From positions 38,626,001 through 38,690,000 of the forward strand of contig OZ024746.1 in assembly GCA_964016885.1 (NCBI GenBank): a DNA stretch of 64,000 nucleotides, read 5' to 3'. The position numbers were made by a program, and so were the translations under genes. This DNA comes from Eledone cirrhosa (lineage: Eukaryota). How positions within the stretch are numbered: position 1 is the first letter of the stretch; each line of letters opens with the position of its first letter. Of the stretch, positions 31,025-41,810 are shown in pieces. Below the pieces are notes generated by a model. That model was given only the letters and a program-made list of their open reading frames with translations. It made no database searches and was not told the DNA's origin.

Positions 31025-33128
31025 TTCTTAGTTACTACTTTGTACGTTGGATGCCTTAGTTATCTGTGTATGATCTCGGAATTGTAAGTGCTCTTTGAGT
31101 TTAACATTCTGTATGACACTGTGGATTTAATTTTTCTAAGAGGCAATAACTGTGTGCTTTTCTCTCTCTCTCTCTCTCTCTCTGTGCGTGTGTGTGTATG
31201 TGTGTATTTCGACTTTCAACCTCATGAGATCGATAAAAATACGTTCTAATCAAGTACTGGATTGTTGTAGTTTTCTTTTTTTCCTTCTTCTTCTACTTTT
31301 ATTTTTTAATTCGTTTAATTGTTGTTGTTGCGTGCTTGCTTATCAACACGTGTTGCACATCACTCCTGTAAGTTTCTTATTATTTCTATTGTCACACAAA
31401 GTTATTATATATTGAACATTTGCTACCATTTCATAGATAATCTAACGAGCACCTTAGGGGTTGTTAAGCTTTTTCCATCTGTAATCCTTAGAGGCTATAC
31501 CGGGGTTTGTTTAGAAAACACGTTTTTCAATTTTTATTAAAAAAAAAAAGAAAAATGGTGGACGAGGAATGTTACTCTGCTGAAAGGAAGAGCCAGCTAT
31601 CCGCAGAACGGAACAGCGAAATTGCAAAAATCAGTAACAGCACCAGCAGTAGCAGTAACAACAACAACATAGCACGGGAAAAATTATAAAATTAATTTCC
31701 CGCTGTTAAAAAATTCATCACTGCCATCACCATCACATGAATAACAAAAGCGAATAATGTGAACAAACACCAACACCAATACTAGCAAGAATACGACCTC
31801 TCCCACTACCAACACAGAAACCACAACCACTACTGCAACAACAGATATAACAGAAGCAAACAACATAAATATTAGTAACACAGACAATAACGACAACACA
31901 AATGACAACAACAACAACATGAAAAACAATAACGACTAAGACAACAACAATAGCATTAAAAAAACCTTCGCACGAACGGGTTCTAAAACCACCCAACAAC
32001 AACAACATGAACAAAGCTTTCGCAGGAACGTCTTCTATGACCAACCAAAATCTCCATGAGAAGATTTTCAACAAGGACACCTGTTTCACACAAGCGGTCA
32101 AAGTTCTCAAATTGGACAAGACTTGGGCTGGTATAGCCCGAAGCGTTATCACCACCTACCAAAACAGCGCTCTCAGACAAATATATTTCGTTAAAAAGCA
32201 GACGGCCAGAGGCAGGACCCCGTTATCAAGTGAGAGAAAACTGAAAACTATATTACTATATTACTGGACATCCAGCACATTACTAGAAGCAGGCAATTTG
32301 GTACTATTTCAGTGTTCTTCAAGAATGAAACTTTGGCTGTGAAAATATCTGTAGACCCCTGTTGGACAAACAAATTCATACTCTATTCGGAATGCTTGAA
32401 AGAAGGACCGTAATGCTCAGAATTTCAGGAATCCCGCCAGAGCAGGATATCTGAAGGATCCTAGCCTAAGTGGTGCTCGAGGGAAGCGACGCCTACATCA
32501 AGGGGAAGAGGACAAAGAATTAAAACTGGTCTGGGATTAGGGTGGAGGCATTCTTCCACATCAAAGCAGAAAAGATCGATAAGATCCCAGACCATATACA
32601 CTTGCCAGGTAGAGTAGAATTCCATGTAAGTGTTAAAAAGAAGAAGCCTTGTTTCCATCTGTGTGTGTAGACCAGTCACTTAAGAGCTTTCTGCTTTCAA
32701 CACAACGTAGGGAACCACAGTCCCTCTCAATGCTGCCAGTTTATTGATAGTGTGGTGTAGATTATGGAGGACAATTACAAGCATAGATTGACATGTTGAA
32801 AAGATTGACATACATAAAAATGTTGGAGTTATGTTTGATGTAGTACATCTGTTAACTGTTTGGTAAATCACCTTTCCATGGTGAGGGCAGGTGTCTGTTG
32901 AGGTGTAAGCAGCCCTCAAAAATCTCATTTTTAGAATTTAGGTATTTTTCGATGAGTCAGATGGAACATCTTGTTTCATTGATGTTTGATCTGAACCTCT
33001 CTAAGAATCTCCATTTTATTAGTACTTAGAGTGAGAGAGAGAAAGAGAAATTCGTAGATTGATTAGTTAGTTCGTCAATACAATATTGTAGAGTTGGTTC
33101 AACCAGTGTAACAGTGTAACACACACAC

Positions 33129-33199
<71 letters not shown>

Positions 33200-33296
33200 T
33201 GAAATTTCCGTTGAAAACAGAAAAGGTCATAGAAGTGAAGAGTGCTCTATGTAAGTATCAGAGCAAAATTGAATGTATAAAAATCAATACAATATA

Positions 33297-33374
33297 ATTA
33301 CCTCATTACCAGAGGTTTCCCGAATGAGGCGAATACGAAAGAAACGTCTTCATTCGTTCGTCAGACGAGGCAAT
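33297..33374 (-). ncRNA. Type I hammerhead ribozyme (best-formed monomeric copy)
   Basis: attgcctcgt-CTGACGA-a CGAATGA...TCATTCG g-GAAAC C tct G GTA-atgaggtaat. 10-bp stem I (with G.U pairs), 7-bp stem II, 3-bp stem III, GUA triplet. Confidence 0.85.
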
Positions 33375-33898
33375 ATAAAACACTTGGAAAGTCTCATCAA
33401 GAAAAGCAAAATAACAAAAAAGATATAGACAAATGAATTAGAATATGAAATATATAATAATCTTTCAAGAAATATAGTTAGGTGTGTGTATATGTATGTA
33501 TATACGCTCACAGATGTGCATATATGTGTATGCACATATGTATACGTATAGTGAAAAAGTGTGCGTAAATATATAATTTAGGGCAAATGTATCTGTATGT
33601 CTGTAATCTACAGACAGAATAGATACATCATAAGAATATGAAGGCACGCGCATAAACACACCTACACACACGTACACTTAGATGCGGAAGTAAAAGAGGT
33701 AAGGGAGTGTAATAATTAAAGGAAAGTATCAATCTCGATATATTTATAAAAATGGAACAATAATTTAGAAAGAAAAAATTAAAGAAAAGAAGACAAAAAA
33801 GGTACATACATACACACACACGTATATCTCACAAAAAAAAACACAAAAATATACATGCTTATATACACACGCACACTTACACATCCATACGTTCGATA

Positions 33899-33965
<67 letters not shown>

Positions 33966-34088
33966 TTACACTCACGCATATTGACCTGTTTGCATGCACA
34001 CGCATAACAATGAGTAAGTAAAAAAAGGGGGCAGAAGAAAAAAGGAACAAAACATAAAACCTAGATGTAAAAATATATATATATATAA

Positions 34089-34119
<31 letters not shown>

Positions 34120-34177
34120 TTTAAATAGAGGTGTGACACACGAGTTGTGATATATTAGTAAAAAGGAAAAGAAAAAT

Positions 34178-34511
34178 CTGACAAATTTTTCCCAGTTAAA
34201 AATAGTTTAATTAGGAATAAGTATAAATTAGTAATAAGTATTGGTTAGTATTCAGTTTTAGTTTTAAGTTTTTACCTGTTGCGCATTTCTAATGCTTTTC
34301 AAAACTAATTTTGAGATAGAGCGCTCGTGATGTTTTCTCTAATCTGGATTACGAGCGCTAACGAGCGCTCTATCTCAAAATTATTTTTGAAAAGCATTAG
34401 AAACGCGCAACCGGTAAAAACTTAAAACTAAAACTGAATACTAACCAATACTTATTACTAATTTATATTTATTCCTAATTAAACTATTTTTCACTGGGAA
34501 AAATTTGTCAG
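34178..34511. repeat. Fold-back, ~150-bp arms, immediately upstream of the PLE fragments
   Basis: ctgacaaatttt.tcccagt...gatagagcgctcgt pairs with acgagcgctctatc...actgggaaaaatttgtcag. Confidence 0.88.
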
Positions 34512-34530
34512 CATTTACTTTTCCTTTTTA

Positions 34531-34577
<47 letters not shown>

Positions 34578-34582
<5 letters not shown>

Positions 34583-34830
34583 ATGCAACACACCCGCTGT
34601 AGTTTATGAAGCTGTGGTCACTTCCAACCGACCAAATCAACCACAGGAGGTCAAATCCTATGTGGGTATGCCTGAGGGCCGATTTAAGGAACGCTTCCTG
34701 AACCACCAGTCGACGTTTAGGAACCCGGACAGACATTCAACCACGAAACTCGCGAGCCAAGTATGGTCCCTCAAGGACTCAAGTACAGACTACTCCATCC
34801 AATGGAAAGCCATCACTAAGTCCAACCCAA
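34578..34830 (+). mobile_element. Second PLE GIY-YIG fragment (Naiad-like type), fused directly upstream of the Neptune-type PLE
   Basis: CNTPAVVYEAVV...YVGMPEGRFKERFLNHQSTF...TKLASQVWSLKD...YSIQWK. Clade label is inferred from motif resemblance only. Confidence 0.75.
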
Positions 34831-36150
34831 CAAAAAACAAATCCTCCATTCCCATTATGCCAAACCCATGACTTCCAAACATCTGATCCACCGAAACTCG
34901 GCCATTTCGGACCATACCGAAATCAACATACTGATTGCGGATTTGGTACGGGTGATGAGAAATGTGTCCCGCATGTGCAACCCCGAAGAACTAGAGAGAC
35001 ACATACAACACTTCATCCACCGTATGCAGTTCTCTGGCTACAATCAGAGAGATAAAATCAGAGTGTATAGAGGAGCCAGAACCAAATGGGAAAAAATGGT
35101 AAATAATGACATAAATGGGACCTGCCCCTTGTATAGGAGCAAATTTTGGAATAGAATAGAAAGAACTAGGAACAAGGCTAATAGAATAAACTCATGGTAT
35201 GATACCAATAAATACCAGAGTGTAATGTTCATCGATACAACCCCTAGAGATGAATTAGCTTACAAATTTAGAAGGGCCCTAAATAAACATAAACTCAATA
35301 TTAAGATAGTAGAAAGACCAGGTACCTCCGTAAAAACACTTATTAGCAAGACATACCCTTTTCAAAGACCCTCATGTATAGATAAGAAATGTATAACCTG
35401 TAAAATAAGCCCCCATATTAACTGTAAAATTAGAAATGTAGTGTATAGCATAAGATGTACTGAAGGACAATGTAGAGACAAAAATATAGTGTACATAGGT
35501 GAGACAGCTCGTAGTGTAGGGGAACGGATAAATGAACACTGGCGAGACCTTCAAGATAATAAAGAATCATCTGTACTCTACCAACATGCTAAAATAGAAC
35601 ACAAGGGTAATTTAGAGACCATAGAAATAAAAATAGAATCTACACACAGAAAAGACGCAATGTTTAGACAAATTACAGAGGCAATAAACATAAAAGAATT
35701 ACAACCAAAATTAAATAGAAAATATGAGTGGAACAGCAACATCACAACTTACAATTAAGGACAAAATGAAAACACACACACACATAGAACAAACAATCAA
35801 CCAGTAACATGTAAATAAACAAATAAATAAATTAACATAAACACACACAGACACCCGGATGTGGCGCGTGCGCAGACTGAGCACACAACACACACACAGA
35901 AACAAAATGGCGTAGGACAGAACAAAGGAGAGGCACAGAAACAAAGAAAGGAATCCCCAGTCACTGAAGAGGTCACAGAGTGTGTGACGAAAGAACTATG
36001 ACTATATATAAACAACTATCTGGTTGTGGAACCAACCAACCAGAAATTTATAAATTTATAAATTTATAAATATATAATAAATTGAAGTGAAAGCAACTGG
36101 TGCGTGTGTTTCTTATTGGCAACATGACCCTCCCAAAGTATAACAATATC
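34831..36150 (+). mobile_element. Penelope-like element (RT thumb + Cys knuckle + GIY-YIG endonuclease) with 3' pLTR containing a hammerhead
   Basis: ORF 34868-35758 has RMQFSGY (thumb), CIDKKCITC (Cx4CxxC, Neptune-type knuckle), NVVYSIRC...YIGETARSVGERINEH (GIY-YIG) and LNRKYEW. An HHR lies ~200 nt after the stop. Confidence 0.9.
35959..36003 (+). ncRNA. Minimal hammerhead in PLE 3' pLTR
   Basis: agtca-CTGAAGA-g GTCACA gagtg TGTGAC-GAAAG aa CTA-tgact, 200 nt downstream of the PLE ORF stop. Confidence 0.8.
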
Positions 36151-36203
36151 GGTTTCAACACACGATTTCAGATAAAGAATCTTGCTAAACAAATTCAGAA
36201 ACG

Positions 36204-36275
<72 letters not shown>

Positions 36276-36330
36276 TAGGGTTTTTTTTTACAAAATGAAA
36301 TAAAAACGAGATATCCTACACGAGTGAAAG

Positions 36331-36564
36331 TATAAGGAAAAAAGATGAAATCGAAAATGCACCTGGAGTCTTTTTAAAAATATGTATTTGGTTCCTTTAC
36401 CGGTTTCGCAGTTCCTGTGCTTTTCAAGAGTAGAATTGAGATGGAGGGTGAAGAACCACAAGCCCTCCATCTCAATTCTACTTTTGAAGAGCACAAGAAC
36501 TGCGAAACCGGTAAAGGAACCGGTAAAAGACTCCAGTTGCATTTTCGATTTCATCTTTTCTCCT

Positions 36565-36568
<4 letters not shown>
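36331..36568. repeat. Fold-back with HHR variants in both arms
   Basis: gatgaaatcgaaaatgca...gagatggaggg / ccctccatctc...tgcattttcgatttcatc. Confidence 0.88.
36394..36516. ncRNA. Pair of opposed hammerhead variants in a fold-back (36394-36431 on -, TTGAAAA core; 36481-36516 on +, TTGAAGA core)
   Basis: Both arms read core-GCA caagaac/caggaac TGC-GAAAC CG GTA-AAG. Same family as 6968-7005, but stem I is weak here. Confidence 0.6.
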
Positions 36569-36621
<53 letters not shown>

Positions 36622-36629
<8 letters not shown>

Positions 36630-37106
36630 TGCAATTTCTGTATGTTTGTTTGTGGATTAGTTTGTGAATCTAAGACACAAAGATTACCAAACGGATCTAG
36701 ATGAAACTTGACACATGTGTTGGGCTCATGCCCATTTCATTTGTTACGTATATTTCATTTTAATCAAATGGTTTCCCGGGGGCATATGAAATTAAAACCA
36801 TAGGTAAATGACAAGATATTATGCCTATTCACGAAATTTAAGCAAATTTCACTAATATTAAGACACCCTAATGGGAGTTCTATTTTTTTCCTTATAGCAA
36901 CACTCATCTTCTCAGATAAACATGTTTTCATCTGACCAATGCAATCAAGAATATTTGTTTGTATTATTGTTTCGTAAATGAATTTGTCTTCGCTTTTGGT
37001 TATCTGTCGTATATTTTGATTTCATTTTTGGTCTGAGAGGCATTGGGCATGTTAATGGGAACTGGGAATACCCCCGCTCCCGGGTATTACAGGGTACCTC
37101 AGCTAG
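36622..37106 (+). mobile_element. Non-autonomous Helitron (related family)
   Basis: The 3' end cccgggtattacagggtacctcagCTAG|T mirrors the 38351 terminus. Internal gatgaaacttgacacatg matches the reverse complement of 38555-38575. The 5' end is lost in (TA)n. Confidence 0.65.
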
Positions 37107-37130
37107 TATATATATATGTGTGTATGTATG

Positions 37131-37177
<47 letters not shown>

Positions 37178-37304
37178 ATGGGATAACAAGTTATCGTTAT
37201 ATAATCCAGTTAGAAGTTGTATTGTGAGTACACTGCGCCGTAGATAGTTTTAACGTACGGCTTTGTTTGACTAAACAAATGTTTCCATAGTTATGCAGCG
37301 ACTA

Positions 37305-37342
<38 letters not shown>

Positions 37343-37379
37343 ATTAAATAAATGGAAACTATATTTATAAAACCATATT

Positions 37380-37445
37380 TATTTCATTATATATATTTCG
37401 GGGATATCATATTAACAATATGCTATGCCTTCCTCAGACAAAATA
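37380..37445 (-). ncRNA. Type I hammerhead ribozyme (family A, N7=G)
   Basis: tattttgt-CTGAGGA-aggcatag CATATT gtt AATATG atatcccc-GAAAT ATAT ATA-atgaaata. Stem II sequence differs from the other copies but still pairs. Confidence 0.72.
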
Positions 37446-38312
37446 CAATATAAACAGTTTTATAGATAGATAGATTCGACATACCGTTATAACACCGACT
37501 TGCATTTGAAGAGGTTAAGCTGGCAGTCATATATATATATATATTTATTTATTTATTTATTTATTTATTTACAGACAAATTGAAATAGGTTTCTTAAGCA
37601 GTTTATTTTTAATATCAACCATTTTAATAAATTATTTAGAAAACAGTCCGTATAAAGTTCTTTTGAATCTTCCTATTTTATAACAATACAGATGGATGGT
37701 AGATTAAAAACTAATTTAGTTATTTGCAGGATCAAATTGGGGTGATATTTTTTGTTTACATGGAACTGTTCTACGTAGTGTGTCCAGTGAAATTACTTTT
37801 CTGACCCCTGATCTTAAAATCATAGTTGGTGAAATAGAAAATGTGAAATGCATGGGAAAAGAAGTAAAATTAAAAAAGAAACAAAAACTGAAATGGGGAA
37901 TGAAATAATGAGAAAGAGAGAAAGATAGAAAAAAATAAAGAAAAATAGGAAGAGTAAACGTAACGGAGATGGAGGGTGAGCGAGATGATCTGCCAAATAC
38001 TCCACTTTTCTACTGAAGCATGGATGTGTTTTATTAATGCGGGTGGGAAGATTTGAATAGTTCTGTTTATCAATCAATATATTTGTGCATATCTTCTATA
38101 TATAATCCACTGTCTATCTACCTACCTATATTCAAAACGAAACATAAACTTACTAGACGTTTTCAGTAAGAACACATTTTAAACTCGCTATGAAAGTATA
38201 TGCAATAGATTTAAGCATCATGTTTCTACTCATTCTATTGCTATTTAGTATTTCTTTCAATATATATATACAATACACAATTGTATATATATGTACATGC
38301 ACACTCAGATAT

Positions 38313-38350
<38 letters not shown>

Positions 38351-39402
38351 CTAGCAGAGGTACCCGGCGTTGCTCGGGTATTAAATACCAGTTGTGTATA
38401 CCATTTATGTCAATACTTCAGTGCTGCTTCGAAAACTATACTTTTACAAAATCATCGACTTTTTTCAAAGGGGGGGGGTGCTGCCCCCAGGGGTCCCCTA
38501 CTCAATATGTGCCAATTCTGAGAGTTCACATTCATCTGTAGGACAAATGTAACCCATGTGTCAAGTTTTGTGAAAATCGGTTGCGATCTCCAGAAGTTAT
38601 GACGTTTTGTTGCATTGCACTGCAGTGCTTCAGTCGACTCCAAGAAAGTGATTAAAGGGGGTTATCTGCCGAGAGGCCCTATAATCATCCGGAGTACATA
38701 AGTAACCTATGTCTTAAGTTTGGTGAAAATACTGTAGAAATGCATAAGGTTTATACATACGCGTTTTGTGCGTGCGTGCGTGCGTGTGTGTGTGTTTGTG
38801 GGTTTGTATGTATTTGTGTGTGCGTATGTATGTGTATGTCCGTCGGGGCATACGTATGTACTGGCCTACATCTTCACTATTTACTTCTACTATTTTAATA
38901 ACCTCTGTCATTTTCGTTTTCAATTTCATTTACATCATTCTTAGACTCCGGGGCTGGAAATCATTCTGTTATGTTAAATAGAATATTAGTCTAACGACTC
39001 CATTTATACCATAAACTTGGTCTTGTCTTTGCACGCAATTGTTCCTCCGTCCACATAACGACGTATTATCCTCGCTTCTTTTCCCGTTCATTGCCAGGGA
39101 ACGTCTTCACGAACCAAAATATCGTCTTCCTGTTTTCGTTCGGTTGGAACGTTTCTCGAAATATTGACTTCTGCGTTCACAGAGCACTCTCAGTTCAATT
39201 TGAATGGGAAATTCCTGTTTCATCGATTTTCTCCGTAACCATGGGTACTTGTACCCTAAAAGTCGACCCAACGCCTCTTCGGGTCATTGTGCATAACTGT
39301 GTACATTTTCGCTGCACTCCACCAAGCCGTTTCGACGTTTATCCCACTACACCTACTTACTTAAATATACAACGTCCGACCACTTCCAATTTATATAGTA
39401 GA
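38351..39402 (-). mobile_element. Non-autonomous Helitron, complete ends
   Basis: On the minus strand it starts 5'-TC(tactatataa) and ends with hairpin cccgagcaacgccggg followed by tacctctgCTAG-3'. It is inserted between A and T with no TSD. Confidence 0.8.
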
Positions 39403-39503
39403 TAATACACGTTTGAATTGAACCTAATATAACTGTGTAATTTTGCTTCGTGTTTTGTTTTGTTTTATTTAACTACACACACACACACATACACACACAC
39501 ACT

Positions 39504-39545
<42 letters not shown>

Positions 39546-39628
39546 GTAATAATAAATTTGAAGACTAAAATCCAAAGAGGGGTCGATAAGCATAAATATA
39601 TATCAAATATATAAGAACCGTAGAGCAA

Positions 39629-39987
39629 ATATTTATTAAAATAACAGATTAAAGTTTAAGCAAAGAATCGCTGCTTTCACCCTTAACGGGATCTTCTGAA
39701 ACTAACAAAGTCAATCTGTGAACGCAGAAATGAAATACCATAAACGTGGTTTTGTCTTTGCGTGCAATTGTTTTTCACCGCTCCAAATAATGACGTTTTT
39801 TCCCGTTCTTTTCCAGGGAACGTTTCCACGAACCAAAGTATCGTCTTCCTGTCTTCCTCCGGCTGCAACGTTTTTTGAAATATTCACTTCTGCGTTCACA
39901 GATTGACTTTGTTAGTTTCAGAAGATCCCGTTAAGGGTGAAAGCAGCGATTCTTTGCTTAAACTTTAATCTGTTATTTTAATAAATA
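39629..39987. repeat. Fold-back, ~105-bp arms, enclosing a fragment of the neighbouring Helitron
   Basis: Arms 39629-39737 / 39881-39987. The spacer resembles 39030-39185. The arm family recurs at 6450-6500, 53259-53315 and 56690-56860. Confidence 0.85.
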
Positions 39988-40199
39988 TATATATATATAT
40001 ATATATATAAATTATTAATACAATAACAGAGATAGTTTAAAGCTAATCTCTGACTGGTAACCATCTCACTCAACAAACATTAGGTTATATTTTAATATAA
40101 ATCCAATTTAAGTGTTTGGGGTGCTAACAATATGTATTATGTGGAAAAGCCAGTTGTATTATTTTACGAGATATAATTAAAGTTAAAATATATCTCTCT

Positions 40200-40324
40200 T
40201 TCCAAACAATTGTTTCATTATAAGTTTTCTACAAATTCGGAGAATATTTCCAGTTTATGTAGAAGCCTAATATACATTCATGTAAGAATATATTTAGGTG
40301 GGCGCTTATAAATCATCAGTGGAA
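40200..40324 (-). ncRNA. Hammerhead with branched stem II (downstream repeat of retrozyme-like element)
   Basis: ttcca-CTGATGA-t TTATAAG [hairpins cctaa...ttagg and ttctaca...tgtagaa] CTTATAA t-GAAAC AATT GTT-tggaa. Stem III is the perfect palindrome AACAATTGTT. Confidence 0.78.
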
Positions 40325-41201
40325 GCCCATTAAACTTTGATATAAGAAAACCATTTCTTACCAGAGTTAAAAATCGTGTCTGTTAAGTTGCTCCTTCCCG
40401 CATCGAATGACCGGCAAATTTGAAATTCCAGCAGTTTTTGACTGAGGAAGTATCATAGCGTCACCAAGCGGGAAGGGGAGACAACTACGATCCACGAAAG
40501 GAGGAAAAAAAATAATAATATACACGCGGGTTAATCAGTTTTTTCGAAAACATTATCAATCCAACGTGTTAAGAACTCAATTGAAATTTAAAAAATAAAT
40601 ATATGCATGTATAAATTACATACGCATATAGATATTTTCTTAGGCTAAAATCAGAGGTTGTACCTGAATAAGTAACCGCATCTCGTAACCGTAGTAAATA
40701 CGGAAAGTTATGCTTTAAAGGGCAAATGGGAATGTAAATCTCCGGCCGAATTAAGAGTAAAATATAAAACACACGCTGGTTAATTAGTTATTTCAAAACT
40801 AATATCAATTCCTCGTGTAAAGAACTCAATTAATTTAAAAAAATAAATGTATGCATGTAATTATATACATAGGCATATATATATTTTCTTAGGCTAAAAA
40901 ACAGAGAAGTTACAACCAATAAAAACCACAATATCGCACAACAGTAATAAATACGGAAAGTCAAATTTATAAGGTACCTGGAAATAAACACCTCTGGCCA
41001 ATCAAGAGTAAAATATTAATACAATAACAGAGATAGTTTAAAGCTAATCTCTGACTGGTAACCATCTCACTCAACAAACATTAGGTTATATTTTTAATAT
41101 AAATCCAATTTAAGTGTTTGGGGTGCTAACAATATGTATTATGTGGAAAAGCCAGTTGTATTATTTTACGAGATATAATTAAAGTTAAAGTATATCTCTC
41201 T

Positions 41202-41326
41202 TTCCAAACAATTGTTTCATTATAAGTTTTCTACAAATTCGGAGAATATTTCCAGTTTATGTAGAAGCCTAATATACATTCATGTAAGAATATATTTAGG
41301 TGGGCGCTTATAAATCATCAGTGGAA
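41202..41326 (-). ncRNA. Hammerhead with branched stem II (upstream repeat of retrozyme-like element)
   Basis: Same sequence as 40200-40324, offset by 1002 nt. Confidence 0.78.
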
Positions 41327-41417
41327 GCCCATTAAACTTTGATATAAGAAAACCATTTCTTACCAGAGTTAAAAATCGTGTCTGTTAAGTTGCTCATATA
41401 TATATATATATATGTAT

Positions 41418-41570
41418 TGTATATATTGGGGAGGGTGATGCTGCCAATAAAAACACACGCCCCTGTTGGTTTTCACTTCAATTTATCATAAACTTCCAAC
41501 TGGTTAGTTTAAAACCTGGGTGGCTGTTTATTTGTTTATTGCCAAAGCTCTTTCGTCACACATTTTGATA
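41418..41570 (-). mobile_element. Diverged pLTR copy related to 35980-36150, retaining the 3' half of the HHR
   Basis: Reverse complement reads tgtgtgacGAAAGagCTT...aaattgaagtgaaa...gcgtgtgttt.tattggca.cat.accctccc, as at 35981-36135. A short related end is at 7151-7180. Confidence 0.6.
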
Positions 41571-41769
41571 TTTTATGTCTCTCAGAGAAAGAGATATAGA
41601 GGAAGAATCGTTCTCAGTTCTATACTGGTACATTTTATCAACGTCGAAAGGATGAAAGACGATGTTGACCTCAAAGGGATTTGAACTCAGAAAGCTGAGA
41701 GCCAAACCTAATACCGCAAAGCATTCTATCTGACGTTCTAACGACTCTGCCAATTCACCACATTGAGTG

Positions 41770-41810
<41 letters not shown>

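Larger units (their letters stand above)
40013..41395 (-). mobile_element. Retrozyme-like non-autonomous element: two ~381-bp direct repeats, each with an HHR, flanking a ~620-bp non-coding interior
   Basis: 40013-40393 and 41014-41395 are near-identical (offset 1001-1002). Each carries CTGATGA...GAAAC AATT GTT on the minus strand. (TA)n lies on both sides and there is no substantial ORF. Confidence 0.8.

Noticed and set aside
31900-32950. Possible decayed retroelement coding region (ORF 32007-32342; CPHHGKVIYQ on the minus strand)
   Set aside because: Only a faint resemblance to PLE endonuclease motifs; too degraded to call without a search.
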